Assembly (NCBI GenBank): GCA_951406725.2
Contig: OX597826.1
Span: 33,542,001 to 33,606,000, forward strand
From: Octopus vulgaris
Taxonomy: Eukaryota
Direction: 5' to 3'
Length of the DNA: 64,000 bases
The translations under genes were made by a program, and so were the position numbers. Each line of letters opens with the position of its first letter. Position 1 is the stretch's first letter. The notes beneath the pieces are model-generated. The model was not told the DNA's origin. It made no database searches and saw nothing but the letters and a program-made list of their open reading frames with translations. Below, piece after piece: positions 13,111-26,440 of this stretch.

Positions 13111-14309
13111 ATTTTGGACAAAATACCACTAAGCATTTTTCCTGGTGTAGTACTGTTTCTGCTATTTCATAGCCCTGAAATCATTATCATTTTTCTATTT
13201 TCCATGCTGGCATGGGTTGGGAATGTTTTAATATTATAGGTGAGAATCAGTTGAAAGATATTATAACTGTTTTTCATTTGTTAATACTTCACTGAAATCT
13301 CCTCAGCATTGATGTCAACTTTCTTTCAACAATCAGGAAGTAGTGTATTGAGTTGCTTGAAAATCTGTTCATGAATTCTATAGCCAGGATATATATTTAG
13401 TTCACATAATATATTCTTTAACGGTGCTTCATTTGTTTTCCCTGAGTGTTGTTGTGTCTGTGATATGTATTGCATTAAATTTGTTTTTCTGTATTGTTGT
13501 ATAATTTGGCCCACTAAAATATTTGAATATCCATTATTAACTAGCATTTTGTTTTATCCTATTGATTCCTTTATGTGGTAATGCTTTTATGGAGGTGAAT
13601 CTAAAGGCCCTTCTAAATAGGGATTTTATGACTGATGTTTACATCTATATGGATGAACATAATATGGAGAAGAAAGAAAAAAAAAACCTCATTAAATTGA
13701 ATGCATGCATTGCACATACAACCATAAACTAGAATTAATAATATATTACTTGAATATGAAAAATTAAAATTTCCTACTCAACAACAAACCCCAAGCTAGC
13801 ATGCCGATAAATAAGCTACACTTGATCAATGTAATTTACTAATTGAGACGTAAAGATGAAAGTGGTAAAAGAGAAAAAATATGTTGTGACATGAACTGTT
13901 ATGTTGGACATACACAAGTCATGATTTCTGCCTGCTGTAATGCATCTACAACATGAAACTGCTATTGTATTATGTCCAGAAAGATGAAATAAATTAGGAA
14001 AACATTAGTCAATAATATAACTACCTTACATAAAAAATGGAGATGTCATTCTATAAGTGAATATTACTTGGTAGCATGCATTGCTTTGGTGATTGTGTCA
14101 GGAGCCCATATTTTTGATCCTCTCGCCCTTGACCTCAAAGAACATCCAAGATATGATAACTAGAGGGAAAGAGGGGGAGCACAAACGCTGGACTGGCTCT
14201 AATTTCAGGAGAGAAACAGGGACAGTGTGAAAGGAAGTGCATTGACCAAGGGTATAATATGCTGCCTGATCCACAAATTGAACCTGTGATTTATAGAAAT
14301 TTATAGAAA

Positions 14310-14460
14310 AGCAAAGACAAAGACAGGGGTAGAAACAACAAGCAAGTGTACTAGTTTGACGCTCAGGGAAAATGGAAAAGTCTTTTACATTTTGAGCCTA
14401 TGCCCTTTGACAGAAAGGAACAAGAGGAAATAAATAGAGAGAATGAAAAAAGTGTGTTGA
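14310..14460 (-). mobile_element. Decayed copy of the CUGUNGA-hammerhead repeat family (see 63050-63250)
   Basis: Minus 14418-14381 reads CCTTT-CTGTCAA-A-GGGC-ATAG-GCTC-AAAA-TGTA-AAAGA. Flanks align with 63050-63250 and 63780-63950. Confidence 0.7.
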
Positions 14461-14528
14461 GTTCATATATATATACATGAATGTATGTTTATATATGTTT
14501 ATACATGCATATATATGTGTATACATAC

Positions 14529-14587
<59 letters not shown>

Positions 14588-15449
14588 TATACATGCACAT
14601 ATATATATGCATATAAATATATAATACACACACACATCTATATGAGGAACAACTTTTATTTCATACATATTTTTTAATGTTTGACAAGTGAAAAGTTTTT
14701 GAATATGACTGCTACAGCTGCCTGATGTTGCTATCACTGCTGTTGTGACTTTTAATCTGTCTCATTCCAGCCTCCAGGTCTTGATATGACTGGTCAAGAT
14801 GTCTGGCCATTCATCTACTTCACTTTGTTTTATATGTACCACTAACCCCTTGTTCCCTTTGAAACAGCTTTTTCATTGAAAAATCTAGAAAAACAGCAGC
14901 AGTAACAATTATAAAAGTGTTTTTAAGTGCCGAGTCTTGCTACCAAATTTGTTCAAACATCATTAGAAGCCTTTAAATTTCACCTCAAACAAAACTTGTT
15001 TAAAATATTCCAAAATATTTCTCCATATGAGTGAGGTGTATTTGTGTTTCCTTTTTCTTTTTGTAGTTTCTGTTAAAATGGGAGCCAGAGGACTTTTTCT
15101 GCTTTTTTGTCTACTGACTGATAAACAGTAAGTTTGTGAATGTTGCTGCTATTGTTGTTGTTGTTGTTATTGTTGTCGGTATTAATACCATAACTTTTGA
15201 ACTGTCACACTCCCCCCTTCAGGGGAACCCTTGAAAAGAGAGCATTCAACTTGTCTGTCCACTTATCTACTTGGCTTTGTTGTCTCTGTACTGCAGCTTT
15301 CTACTTTTCTTTGAAAAAGATCTTTTAACTGAAAATTAAAAAGAAATAAAAACGAAAAAGAAAAGAAAAAAAAGAAATGTGTTCAGATTAGGAAAATGCA
15401 CCAAAGCAACCTTGAACATTATTTACTGTACCTCTGTTACAGTAGCTAA

Positions 15450-15660
15450 AGAAACAGAGATAAGAGAATTAGATCAAGTAGAGACTTACAACTACTTCAG
15501 AATCAATGAACTATACAGACCATGGAAGAAGATTTAGGAATGAATATTATTGATGTATTAAGATTAATATTTCAAACAGAGTTAAATGTACAAAAAAGGA
15601 AAAAAAAAAAACGGTAATAGGCATCAAAACCTTTGGTAGTCCCAATAATAAGTTAAATTA
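15450..15660 (+). pseudogene. Degraded R4/Dong-like reverse transcriptase fragment
   Basis: Frameshifted translation IRELDQVETYNYFRINE...NEYY...RLIFQTELN...VIGIKT...VVPIIS resembles the R4/Dong RT region (YKYLG...ELN..NK...IN..AVPV). Confidence 0.55.
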
Positions 15661-16268
15661 TAATAGAATTTATTACCGGCTTTCATATCTGTTCAAATTT
15701 CATCAGAGTTCTTCAAATTTTGCGGAAAAGATATTTGAAAAATACACACACACACACACACACATATACATTCATGATAGTAGCAACATAATTTCAAGGC
15801 ATTACTTGTTCTCTGCAACTAGAGCAGCACAAATGTGGTTTTTCTGTTCTGTTAGGGAATTATACTCTTTTGTACAGACGTGGCATTGATGTTTATGAAG
15901 GAAAACAATGGATAAGTTAGTAAAAGGCATATTGGAAAAATAAATTAAATTCGATTGAAAAAAAAAATAGAGATTAGAAGAAGCAGAAATGATATTAGAT
16001 GGAAGAAAAAGATGGAACTTAATAAGGGATATTTAAAATGAAATGTCATTTAAAAAAATCCAATTTAGTATTTACAAACCAGAAGCAATATGTACATCAG
16101 AACTAGGAATAATAGAGTGCCAAATTATTTAGTGCAAAAATTTCAGTTAGTAATTTCACAAGAGAAAGTAAAAAAAAAACCTGATGCAAAGCAATCTAAA
16201 GAAAAGTTTCCTAAAATTTCAAGAGCTACTGATTAAAAAATCTCAATTTACAAGAACCCTTAAGTTAG

Positions 16269-16270
<2 letters not shown>

Positions 16271-16334
<64 letters not shown>
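16271..16334. repeat. (TC)n microsatellite
   Basis: Direct reading. Confidence 0.95.
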
Positions 16335-16336
<2 letters not shown>

Positions 16337-16773
16337 ACTCTCTGTATGCATATATATATATATATAGAGAGAGAGAGATTTCAATGATATACTTTCAAAT
16401 TTAACAAGGTTTGCTAAAGGACTTAATTCCACATTAGAGAAAACTAAATCCCCATCAGAAGAAATTCTATTCCATTCTCTGAACCTTTGATAGTATTTAA
16501 TTAGATTTTAAAAGTGACAGCTATTCACTTATGTATTCCTGTCTTTTATTAAGCAGATATAGAATTCATTTGCTTGAAGGGTAAAGGAATTTAGGAAAAT
16601 TCATTGAAAACACATTGTGTAAAATACGTTGGTTGAAATCATAGTTCTCCCACCAAAATATTGATAGAAAGCTTGTTCATAAAAAGACATTTGTAGAAAA
16701 CAGATTGCTCAAAAGACAAGTCAATTAAACCTTTTTAACACTTTTCTGACCAAATTTCTGTTGAAATACACTA

Positions 16774-17080
16774 AGTATTTATTCTATTGGTCTCTTTTGC
16801 CGAACTGCTAAGTTACAGGGGTGTAAACACACCAGCATCGGTTGTCAAGCGATGCTGGGATGACAAACACAGACACACAAACACACACACACACATATGT
16901 ATTCATACACATATATACGACGGGCTTCTTTCAGTTTCCGTCTACCAAATCCACTCACAAGACTTTGGTCAGCCCGAGGTTATAGCAGAAGACACTTGCC
17001 CAAGGTGCCACACAGTGGGACTGAACCCAGAACCATGTGGTTGGTAAGGAAGCTACTTACCACACAGTCACTCCTGTACC
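16774..17080 (-). mobile_element. SINE family A (3' tail missing)
   Basis: Reverse complement of 11922-12210. Confidence 0.88.
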
Positions 17081-17109
17081 ACTGTTTAAGTTCTATTATA
17101 ATTTAACTT

Positions 17110-17625
17110 ATTATTGGGACCAAATTTCTGTTGAAATACACTACTCTTTTACTCTTTTTTTACCTTTTTTGTGCATTTAACTCTGAAATATTAATCTTAA
17201 TACATCAATAATATTCATTCCTCAATACTGTCTCTGTTTCAATTAATTTTGAAAATGATGAGGAATTTGGTAATTATAATAGAACTTAAAGAGTGGCGCA
17301 GGAGTGGCTGAGTTTCATATACAGACACATATACTCATGCAGAGTTGAAATGCTGTTTAATTTTTTTTTGTTCACTATAGAACTTCCATCATCCCACTAC
17401 CAAGTTTGCCATTACCCCTTCCTCCCTTATTCATCTTCTTTTCTCATTCATATGTTGTGACGGAGAAAGACACAAGAGTATTATTATAATAGTAGATCAT
17501 TAATCTGGTGTTTGGAATATAATTTAACATGAAATTTTAATGGCAGATTTTAATTCAGATTGTTTTAAAGCAAGAATTTTGTATTACAGAACCAGTCACA
17601 GGTAAGCTGGCATCAAAATGGTTAA
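17110..17625 (+). mobile_element. Interrupted, degenerate TTAA-type MITE related to the 57.3-kb family
   Basis: Shares TTTCAATTA..GAATTT.GTAA..TGGAA.ATAAATT..AGAACCAG blocks and ends CATCAAAATGGTTAA. Similar fragments at ~20410-20560 and ~41255-41328. Confidence 0.45.
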
Positions 17626-19025
17626 TCAAAGAAAAGATTGAATGTTCAAAGAAATTTTATTATTTTTCAAAGAAGTTAGTAACATGAATGGTTAAGGATT
17701 CTTTGGTTAAAAGAATACAGTCGAATCCAATGGAAGACTGGCCAGGTTGCCAGTTTGCCCAATGGCAAGTGGGCCTCTATGCCATTAGAATCCATATATT
17801 GGGTCCCATGTTAGTATCTAAGGGGCCCATCCCCTCGAGTTTGAGAATTTTTTTATTCACTGGAAGAATGCATTAAGTATTTCAGCCTGGCTATGTTTGT
17901 AGACATTTGAAAATAAATCTTTTAACAAATAATAATAATAATAATAATAATCATTAATAATAGCATTGTAGTTGTGGGTGGATCCCCTTAGTCTCCTGGC
18001 AACCAATATCTTTAAACCCAGTCTGCCATGGGTTGAATCCTTCCATTGTTTTATACCATCCATTAATTTTATAATATTATTCTTAATTACAGTGGCAAGT
18101 TGCTCCAGCTTTGTGGTATTATCTATTTATGGTTAGGTAGACTGGTTTATTTGAGAATGAAGCATATTGTTCTTAGATGGAATCTGGTACACATTCATCA
18201 AAAAACATTATTTGATATGAAACAAACTAAGAAATGTATTCTTGGAAAAAATATTCATAGAAAGATATATTTATAGTATAAACAGGGAATACATCAAAAT
18301 TTAATTTTTACTCAATTCTTAAATAACAAACTGTAATTTAAAAATGATAAAAACAAATTATTTTTTAAATGAAATATATTTTCAATTTATTTTCAGGCTA
18401 TTTTTTTCTATATATATGAATGTAAATGTAATTATAAGAAAAGAAATTTTCATTAAGAACGAAAGTTTCAACTCTGTCTTGTCACCAAAAACATTATGAC
18501 AGTTAATCAAATATCAATACGTCAAGGCATTATCTTTTATGATTTTTAAGCCAGTCAGTTGGCAGAATTATTAGTGTTAGGCCAAATATCTGGCAGTATT
18601 TATTTTGACTCTTGGTCTTAAGTTCAATTCCTACCAAGGTCACCTTTGCTAAAAAAGTACAAATCAAACATTGTAGGTCATTGGTATTAACAAATGGCAT
18701 CCCCTCAGAATTACTGGCTCCAGGCATTTGTCAAAGCAAAAACAATTATATTTTTAGTATTCGTTTTTTTTTCTTCTTTTAAAAATATTCAGAGTTTGAC
18801 AAACATTTCACTTTACATCCATCTTTTCTTACTTGCATGTTTTACAGCCAAATACCCTTCTGGTCACCACACTTCATCTGTTTATCATGTCATAGATATC
18901 TTATTCCTCACATCTTCAAAAGTGTACATGACAACAGCATCAACGCCTATGTTGGATGAACCATTTTCAAAGATGAGGAAAATATAAACACCTAGACCCA
19001 CCCAACCCACACACACCACATACAT

Positions 19026-19026
<1 letters not shown>

Positions 19027-19092
<66 letters not shown>
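19027..19092. repeat. (CA)n microsatellite
   Basis: Direct reading. Confidence 0.95.
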
Positions 19093-19095
<3 letters not shown>

Positions 19096-19382
19096 GCTAC
19101 ACACATGCAAATACGTTTTCTTCAGTTTGTTTCTGACCAATTTGTTCTTTGAACAGGCTGCCTCTTCCCACCGATATGTCTCACAAGAAATGATTGTTGA
19201 TCAGTTTGCCTTTTGGCCAATAGGCTTTTGACCAATGTATCTCCAAACGATGCATCTTTGAGAAAACTTCTTAGATCCCCTCAAATATAAAACTGTGTAA
19301 ATGACTAAACACAAATCATTTCTCTCTCTCTCCCTCTTTTTCCCTCTATCTCCCTCCTTCTTTCCCTCTCTCTCTTTTCTAC

Positions 19383-19427
<45 letters not shown>

Positions 19428-19464
19428 GGCTGAATTGTCCTTTATTGATTTTTGACACCTAATT

Positions 19465-20234
19465 TCCATAGAATATTTATTTCTTTATTGCCCACAGAGG
19501 GCTGAACAAAGAGGGGATAAACATGGACATACAAAGGGATTAGATTAATTACATCGACCCTAGTACGTAACTGAAACAAGGACAAAGAGATCAGGTCGAT
19601 TATATCGACCCTAGTGCATCACTGGTACTTATTTCATCGACCCCAAAAGGATGAAAGGCAAAGTCGACCTTGGTGGAATTTGAACTCAGGACGTAATGGC
19701 AGACGAAATACTGCTAAGCATTTTGCCTGGTGTGCTAACAATTTCGCCCTCAACTCCATAGAATATTCTTTTCTACTCTAGGTACAAGGCCCGAAATTTG
19801 GGGGGAGAGGGCAAGTCAATTAGATCGACTCCAGTATGCAACTGGTACTTATATAATCAATCCCAAAAGGCTGAAAGGCAAAGTCGACCTCGGTGGAATT
19901 TGAACTCAGAACGTAATAGCAGACGAAATACCTATTTCTTTACTATCCACAAGGGGCTAAACACAGAGGGGACAAACAAGGACAGACAAATGGATTAAGT
20001 CGATTATATCGACCCCAGTGCATAACTGGTACTTATTTAATCGAACTCGAAAAGATGAAAAGCAAAGTTGACCTCGGCGGAATTTGAACTCAGAACGTAA
20101 TGGCAGACAAAATACTGCTTAGCATTTCGCCCAGCATGCTAACGTTTCTGCTAGCAGATGAAATACTGCTAAGCATTTTTGCCTGGTGTGCTAATGATTC
20201 TGCCAGCTTGCTGCCCTCAACTCCATAGAATATT
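19465..20234 (-). mobile_element. Cluster of three family B SINE insertions (two adjacent, one nested)
   Basis: Three B bodies. TCCATAGAATATT occurs at 19465, 19755 and 20222; TAGCAGAYGAAATAC occurs at 19917 and 20152. Confidence 0.85.
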
Positions 20235-20886
20235 GAATCCCTGATAACATTCGTGTTTTCTTCACAGTTGGCATTGTCCATTCATTAGTACAATGTTTTG
20301 TTCACTCACTCCTCAGCACACCACATGAAGTAAGCATTCTGTTCAGATGAAGCAACTTTACCATTTGATTGAGATACAACAAACTTTTAATTAACACAAA
20401 CTTTTAATTAACACTTTCTTCACCATATTTCTAATGAAATATATTGTTTACAGCTTTGAAATAATCTTGAAAATAAACAAGAATTTGGTTGTTTTCAGTA
20501 AAATAAATAATATTAGTGTTACTAATATGCTGTTTAGAACATAACAAAACAAATCTGATAAACATTTTGTTGGGAGTTTTTGGTTTAAATACAAACACTA
20601 CTAGATATCAGGCACCTGAAGTTTGCTTCCCAGCCTTGTGGCTTCAGGTTCAGTCTTACTGCACAGCACCTTGGGCATATGACTAAAGCCTTCTGAATAG
20701 ATTTCATAAATGGAAACTGAAAGAAGCTTGTCTCATGATATATATGTATCTATATATATTTATCTTTGTATTTATGTATTATATGTGTGTGTGTGTGTGT
20801 GTGTGTGTGAAAATACAGTGTGTGTCTGTGTGTTTGCTTATATTTGCACTTCTTTGAAAATTCACTCAATTACAGGCAGTGATATT

Positions 20887-21092
20887 CTTTTCTACTCTAT
20901 GCATAAGGCCTGAAATTTGAGGGGCAGAGGCCAGTTGATTAGATCGACCCCAGTACACAACTAATACTTAATTTATCAACCCCGAAAGGATGAAAGGCAA
21001 AGTCGACCTTGGTGGAATTTGAAACTCAGAATGAAAATACCACTAAGCATTTCATCTGGTGTGCTAACGTTTCTACCAGCTCACTGCCTGTA
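20887..21092 (-). mobile_element. SINE family B with 13-bp TSD
   Basis: AGGCAGTGATATT at 20874-20886 and 21094-21106. Confidence 0.88.
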
Positions 21093-22126
21093 AAGGCAGT
21101 GATATTACTGACATTATTCTTGTCAACATGTTGCCTGCTGGCTTCAAAGACAAGGAGAATAGTTTACTTCTTATAAATATGGGTCAGTGACCGGAAGGGC
21201 TTCTGGAGGTAAAACATGCTTGCATGGAAAAATGAACATAAAACCAAACGAATGAAAAGGGATTGAAATTCAAAGCTCTAGATTTTGTGCCATAGAAAAA
21301 GCTGGGGGCATGAAAAGGGTTAAGATAGTATATTTAGCCAAGCATGGTTTTTGCTTGGCTTTGCTAAGCCTTTAAACTAGAATATTTGATTTAACAATCA
21401 AAGTGCTTGTCAACAATATTGATTTTTGTGTAAGGATGTTATAAACTTTAAGACATCCTGTATATAGAAAAGTGTATTTTTGTGCCAGAAATTGCGAGTG
21501 ATTCATGGAGAAGTTTCTCAGAAGATAAATTTAATGAAAACTAAAATCTGAAGGATATGCAGAATGTCAGGTAGCTGCATTTGTATGTGAGTCAAAATTT
21601 TATGTTTAACAATAGCCAAAGTGATGAGAGATATTCTCCATTCTGTATCTGATACATGCACTCAAGAGAGCAGTAATGGTTATCTAGTATATTACCAGGA
21701 AATCCCAGATGCAAAGATTTTCAAATGGCTTGCACATTTTAGGAAATGCCAATTTGAAATGTGCACATATTGAAAATGATAACCTGTCAAATATAAGCTG
21801 GTAAAATATTCCACATCATGAAGAAATTGGCAGATTCTGTAAAGTATTAATTGTTATGAAGTCTATGACAGGCTCGCAGAATGGATAAGATTAATAATTT
21901 AAAATTTTTATCTAGCCTCTGGTTTTACGTGTTTCAGATTTATTGTTATTCTTTTTGTTGTAGTTACTGTTAATTATTTCACTGTAGTTTTAATTATTAA
22001 ATCTCTAGGCATTTAATGAAAATAGGTTAATTAGTTTTGCTTTACAGTTTTTAGCTAAATTTTAATGCTGTATATATATATATGTGTATCTATGTAGATA
22101 AACACATAACATATATATACACATAC

Positions 22127-22211
<85 letters not shown>

Positions 22212-23149
22212 AATATACATATATATATACACATATACATTTACATACATACATGCATATATATATATATGTATATATACACATATACATACCTATACAC
22301 ACAAACACACACATGCATATATCTGTGTGTGTGTTCATAAATGCATGCACATGTACATACATACATACATACATATACTCGCTATCATGTAGCCTCCATG
22401 TTCTACACTGTCATGGGTTCGATGGATTGACAGATTGCTGTGTCAAAACACTGTACCATGCTCCAATGTCTGTTTTGGTAAGGTTTCTATGGTTGAATGC
22501 CCTTCCTGCCACCAACCACACCATAATATGGACTAGGTGCTTTTTTCGTGCCACCTGTACTATTGAGGTTGCCATACAGCTTGTGGAACTACAAATGCTG
22601 GAGTGAGTGTCATCTTCATACTAGGGAATGAGGGAATTGAACTATGAGAAGTGGGTTGGTACTGCAGTTCTTGTAGAGGGTCTGCATGGCTACTTACATT
22701 TACTAGGAGAAGTGGCAAGAAAGTGAAAATGAACAGTAGGGGCTGCAAGAAATAGATAATGGTGGTAAGGTACCTGGGTGGGACCATAAGGCATTGTGTG
22801 AGTTGAAGAAGCTGTTTTAAGATTCTATGGGATGGAGAATGAGACTGCCAAAATGGATAGGGTGAAGGGTGGATGAGCCAAGAACTTATAAATTTGGGGA
22901 GAAGGGAAACAGAAGGATGCAGAATAGAGATGGAGGGTGAGCAGCAGGAGTAAGAGTAGCTAAGATGATACAGTTGTCAAGGAAGGAGGACAAGAGAAAG
23001 GGATGACATGATTAAGTAGTCCGCAGGAGTCGGTAAGGGGAACAGAGATGATGCAGAACTAATGCATGGGAGGGGGGATCACTGTAATGTAGGAGGAGAA
23101 GACAATAGATAGCACCTCCAGAACTCAATTTTGCTGACAAGGGCAGGTC

Positions 23150-23510
23150 TGTTCAAGAGGTTTTTGTATCACCAGAGATCTTAGTCCTTTGTCATTTCCT
23201 CCATCAGGCTCAGGATCCTGAGGATGGCCTGAACCACTTCATTCTAAGTTTTCCTCTTCCACAAGTTCCATTTCCACATTTAGTGATTGACACTTTATAC
23301 AGTTGTCCTCATTCATACACATTACATGTCCATACCAGTGTTATCTTCGTTCTTGCACTCAATATCTGATTCGCTTTATGCCCAGTTTTTCACCCAGCAA
23401 CATTCTACTAACTCTTTCATTCACACACACATTTGGCACCCAACAACGAAACATGCTAGCTTCTTCTCTTTCCAATCTATGCATATCCTCTGCAATCAAT
23501 GCTTCATGCC
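23150..23510 (-). pseudogene. RTE-clade LINE ORF C-terminal relic
   Basis: Minus strand gives AEDMHRLEREEASMFR...GEKLGIK...VQERR*HWYGHVMCMNED...TCGRG, i.e. the RTE W-x-GHV motif and GRP-like region, with stops and frameshifts. Confidence 0.75.
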
Positions 23511-23527
23511 CCAGTGGCAATTTCAAG

Positions 23528-23567
<40 letters not shown>

Positions 23568-23569
23568 TG

Positions 23570-23775
23570 TAAGGCAGTGATGTGGAAGAATTGTTAGTAT
23601 GCTTAGTAGCATTTCATCCATCTTTCTGTTCTGAGTTCAAATACCACTGAGGTTGACTTCGCCTTTCATCTTTTCAGAGTTGATAAAGTAAGTACCAGTT
23701 GAGTACTGGGGTTCATGAAACCAACTTACCCCCCCAAAAAAAAATTACTAGTGTTGTGCCAAAATTTGAAGACAT
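23570..23775 (+). mobile_element. SINE family B (diverged)
   Basis: CTGAGTTCAAATACC...GCCTTTCATCTTTTCAGAGTTGATAAAGTAAGTACCAG. Confidence 0.75.
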
Positions 23776-23978
23776 TATTATTATTATTGTTGTTGTTGTT
23801 GTTATTTTGTTTTTGGTTTGCTTTCCATTATATTTCATTCTCCTGGCTGGGTCTCAGAAAGAGACCAAAGGCATGTATAAGGTATATATTTGAGGGAGAG
23901 AAACGTCCTGAGAAGGTGAGCAGTTGATGAAAGCACAATTTTTTGAACTTCATAAATTGTTGGTTTCCCTGGGATCTG

Positions 23979-24187
<209 letters not shown>

Positions 24188-25098
24188 TTCAGTAGAATTA
24201 TTCTTTATTGCATGCATTTATTGTATGGCATTAAGTTCATAGCTCTTTTAAGATGTAATTCAATTTATCATAATTCTTTTTTCATATAGTTCATCTTTTT
24301 CTTTACATTGTCTTCATAAATGTTACCTATTGTCATTAATTAATTTCTTCACAAAATTAATATCTAACAGAAAGAAAAAAATTTCAGAAAATTAGTTTCT
24401 GAATTAAAACTAAGAAAAAAATGTCTTAGTAATTTTTCTTTGTTCTTTAAAAATTTTTTTGGTGCTTTTTCTTCCAATCCTTGATGGCAAAAAAAAATCA
24501 TTTGTTTTGAATCCTAACTTTGATCTCTGAACCAAAGTTTTGCGATAATTATTAAAAGACTTAACCTTTTTGGGTAATTATTCTGACAAAGACATGATGC
24601 CAACTTGCTTTTAAACTTTTTAAAAGATTAATTTTATTAAAAAATTAATTTTAGTTTTGACACTCAAAACAATTTTACAGTTACCAAGGAAAATAAAAAC
24701 TCATTGGAAAGAAACTACAGTTAACTTAAATTTATATGTCTTGCACTTAAAATGTCACTAAATAATCTACAGCAGTGTTTGTTAAATGAGAGACACTTGG
24801 CCCCTCTTAGCATATAATTTCTGGTTCAAAGGCAGGAATATTTCACACTGAGGAACAATTGTGGAGAAGCTTTTATTTTTATCCCAAATATTTTAATCAT
24901 TGATTTGAAGAGTATGTTTGATTTGGTGATCATATATATATATGTATGTATGGATATATCACTTTTAAGTTTGTCACAACAGATTGCCTATAGAGTTCAG
25001 GACCAGCATTGCAAGCTGTGACATTTTGTATATGACTTTGTCTATGTAAACAATGTTATCAAAAATGAAAAATAATAGGTAATGTGTAAGAGGTAACA

Positions 25099-25141
25099 AG
25101 TATATGCATATTTCAAGAGTTATTTCTCTTTCATCAGTGCC
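25099..25141 (-). ncRNA. Hammerhead ribozyme-like motif (intact core and stem II, weak stem I)
   Basis: Minus strand: GGCA-CTGATGA-AAGAG-aaataa-CTCTT-GAAA-TATGCATA-TACT. Confidence 0.55.
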
Positions 25142-25361
25142 ACATCCAACCCATCAACTATCTATGAACACATCTCTTAAGTATCCTATATGTTTAAGGT
25201 GTAACACTATTGGATAGACCAATTTACATATTAAAGACATTCCTGGTAACTAGTAACTACATATTAGTTGCTAGCAAGAACACAGCATTTCATTGAATAG
25301 CCAAAATATTCTACTAAGTACATCAGCAATTTATATATATATATAAATATATATATATGTA

Positions 25362-25698
25362 TAAAGATCTCTTTCAATCATGAATTACCATAGGGTTGCA
25401 CCTAGAAAATTCCCCACTGAGGCACAAGTAGGGCAAAGTTGTTTATTGAAGACCAGCAGTCACCTATGGATACCAGCCTCCCTACTCTATGCCACTAATG
25501 TTATCCAAGGGAAAGGCAAAATCCATTACAGATCGGTCCCAATGACATCGCAGCTCATTTCCACAGCTGAATGAACTTCAGAACATGAAAAATAGAGTCA
25601 CTTTCTCAAGAACACAACACACTGCCCGGTCTGGAAAAGGAACCTACTACCTCATGATTGCAAGTGCAATGCTCTAACCACTGAGCCATGCACCTTCA
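25362..25698 (-). mobile_element. SINE family D (tRNA-derived head)
   Basis: Minus strand begins GAAGGTGCATGGCTCAGTGGTTAGAGC...GTGTTGTGTTCTTGAGAAAG; matches 50560-50911. Confidence 0.8.
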
Positions 25699-26130
25699 CG
25701 TATATGTGTGATATTCAATGCAAAGAACTTAACATTTTTCCTTCCTTTCTCTTTGTTTTCCTGGATGATCTTGATAACACATGGAGTGAACAAATGGGAC
25801 AACCCATGCAGAGATTTGTTTAAAGTGGAAATGGCTTGTGTGGGACCATTCATAGTTTTTGGTACTGTTGATGGCAACAGTTGGTGCAAGTTTGCCATGA
25901 GACTGATGAGCAGCAGACCTCAATTGGATGACAGTTGACTCACAGGAGTTCCTCCTCACTTCGACAATTTTTGTTTTCCATCTCACAGACTGCCCAATGA
26001 TCACCAACTTCACTAAGTAAGCTTGGTGGGGGGTTGCTGGTTTAGTCACAGACAACCAAACCATGTAACAAGTTGTACTGGGTTACATGTTACCAGTAAC
26101 ACATGAGACAAATCTGATATAATATATTAG

Positions 26131-26169
<39 letters not shown>

Positions 26170-26440
26170 TTCATTGTGTCTTTATATATATAAACAATGT
26201 ACATAGAGAATATAACTAGTATTTTAGGTTTTATCTAATCTTTTCTACTATAAGCACAAGGCCTGAAATTTGAAGGAGAGACTAATTGATAAAGATAAAA
26301 GGCAAAATCAGTTAGTTATATGATTCATTAGAATCTAGGCATAGCAACATGTAGAATGCCAGAAATGGCTAGGTAGAATGACATAGGTTTCACAGTGAGG
26401 TAAAACAACCATGTATGTATCATGTGTTGGTAGGCTATAA

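Noticed and set aside
15670-15712. Minus-strand CTGATGA-AATTTGAACAGATAT-GAAAGCCGGTA
   Set aside because: Stem II register and loop are poor and stems I and III are unconvincing.
25674-26064. Overlapping non-repetitive ORFs of 74-111 aa
   Set aside because: No recognisable motif, ORFs on both strands, and no convincing splice signals.
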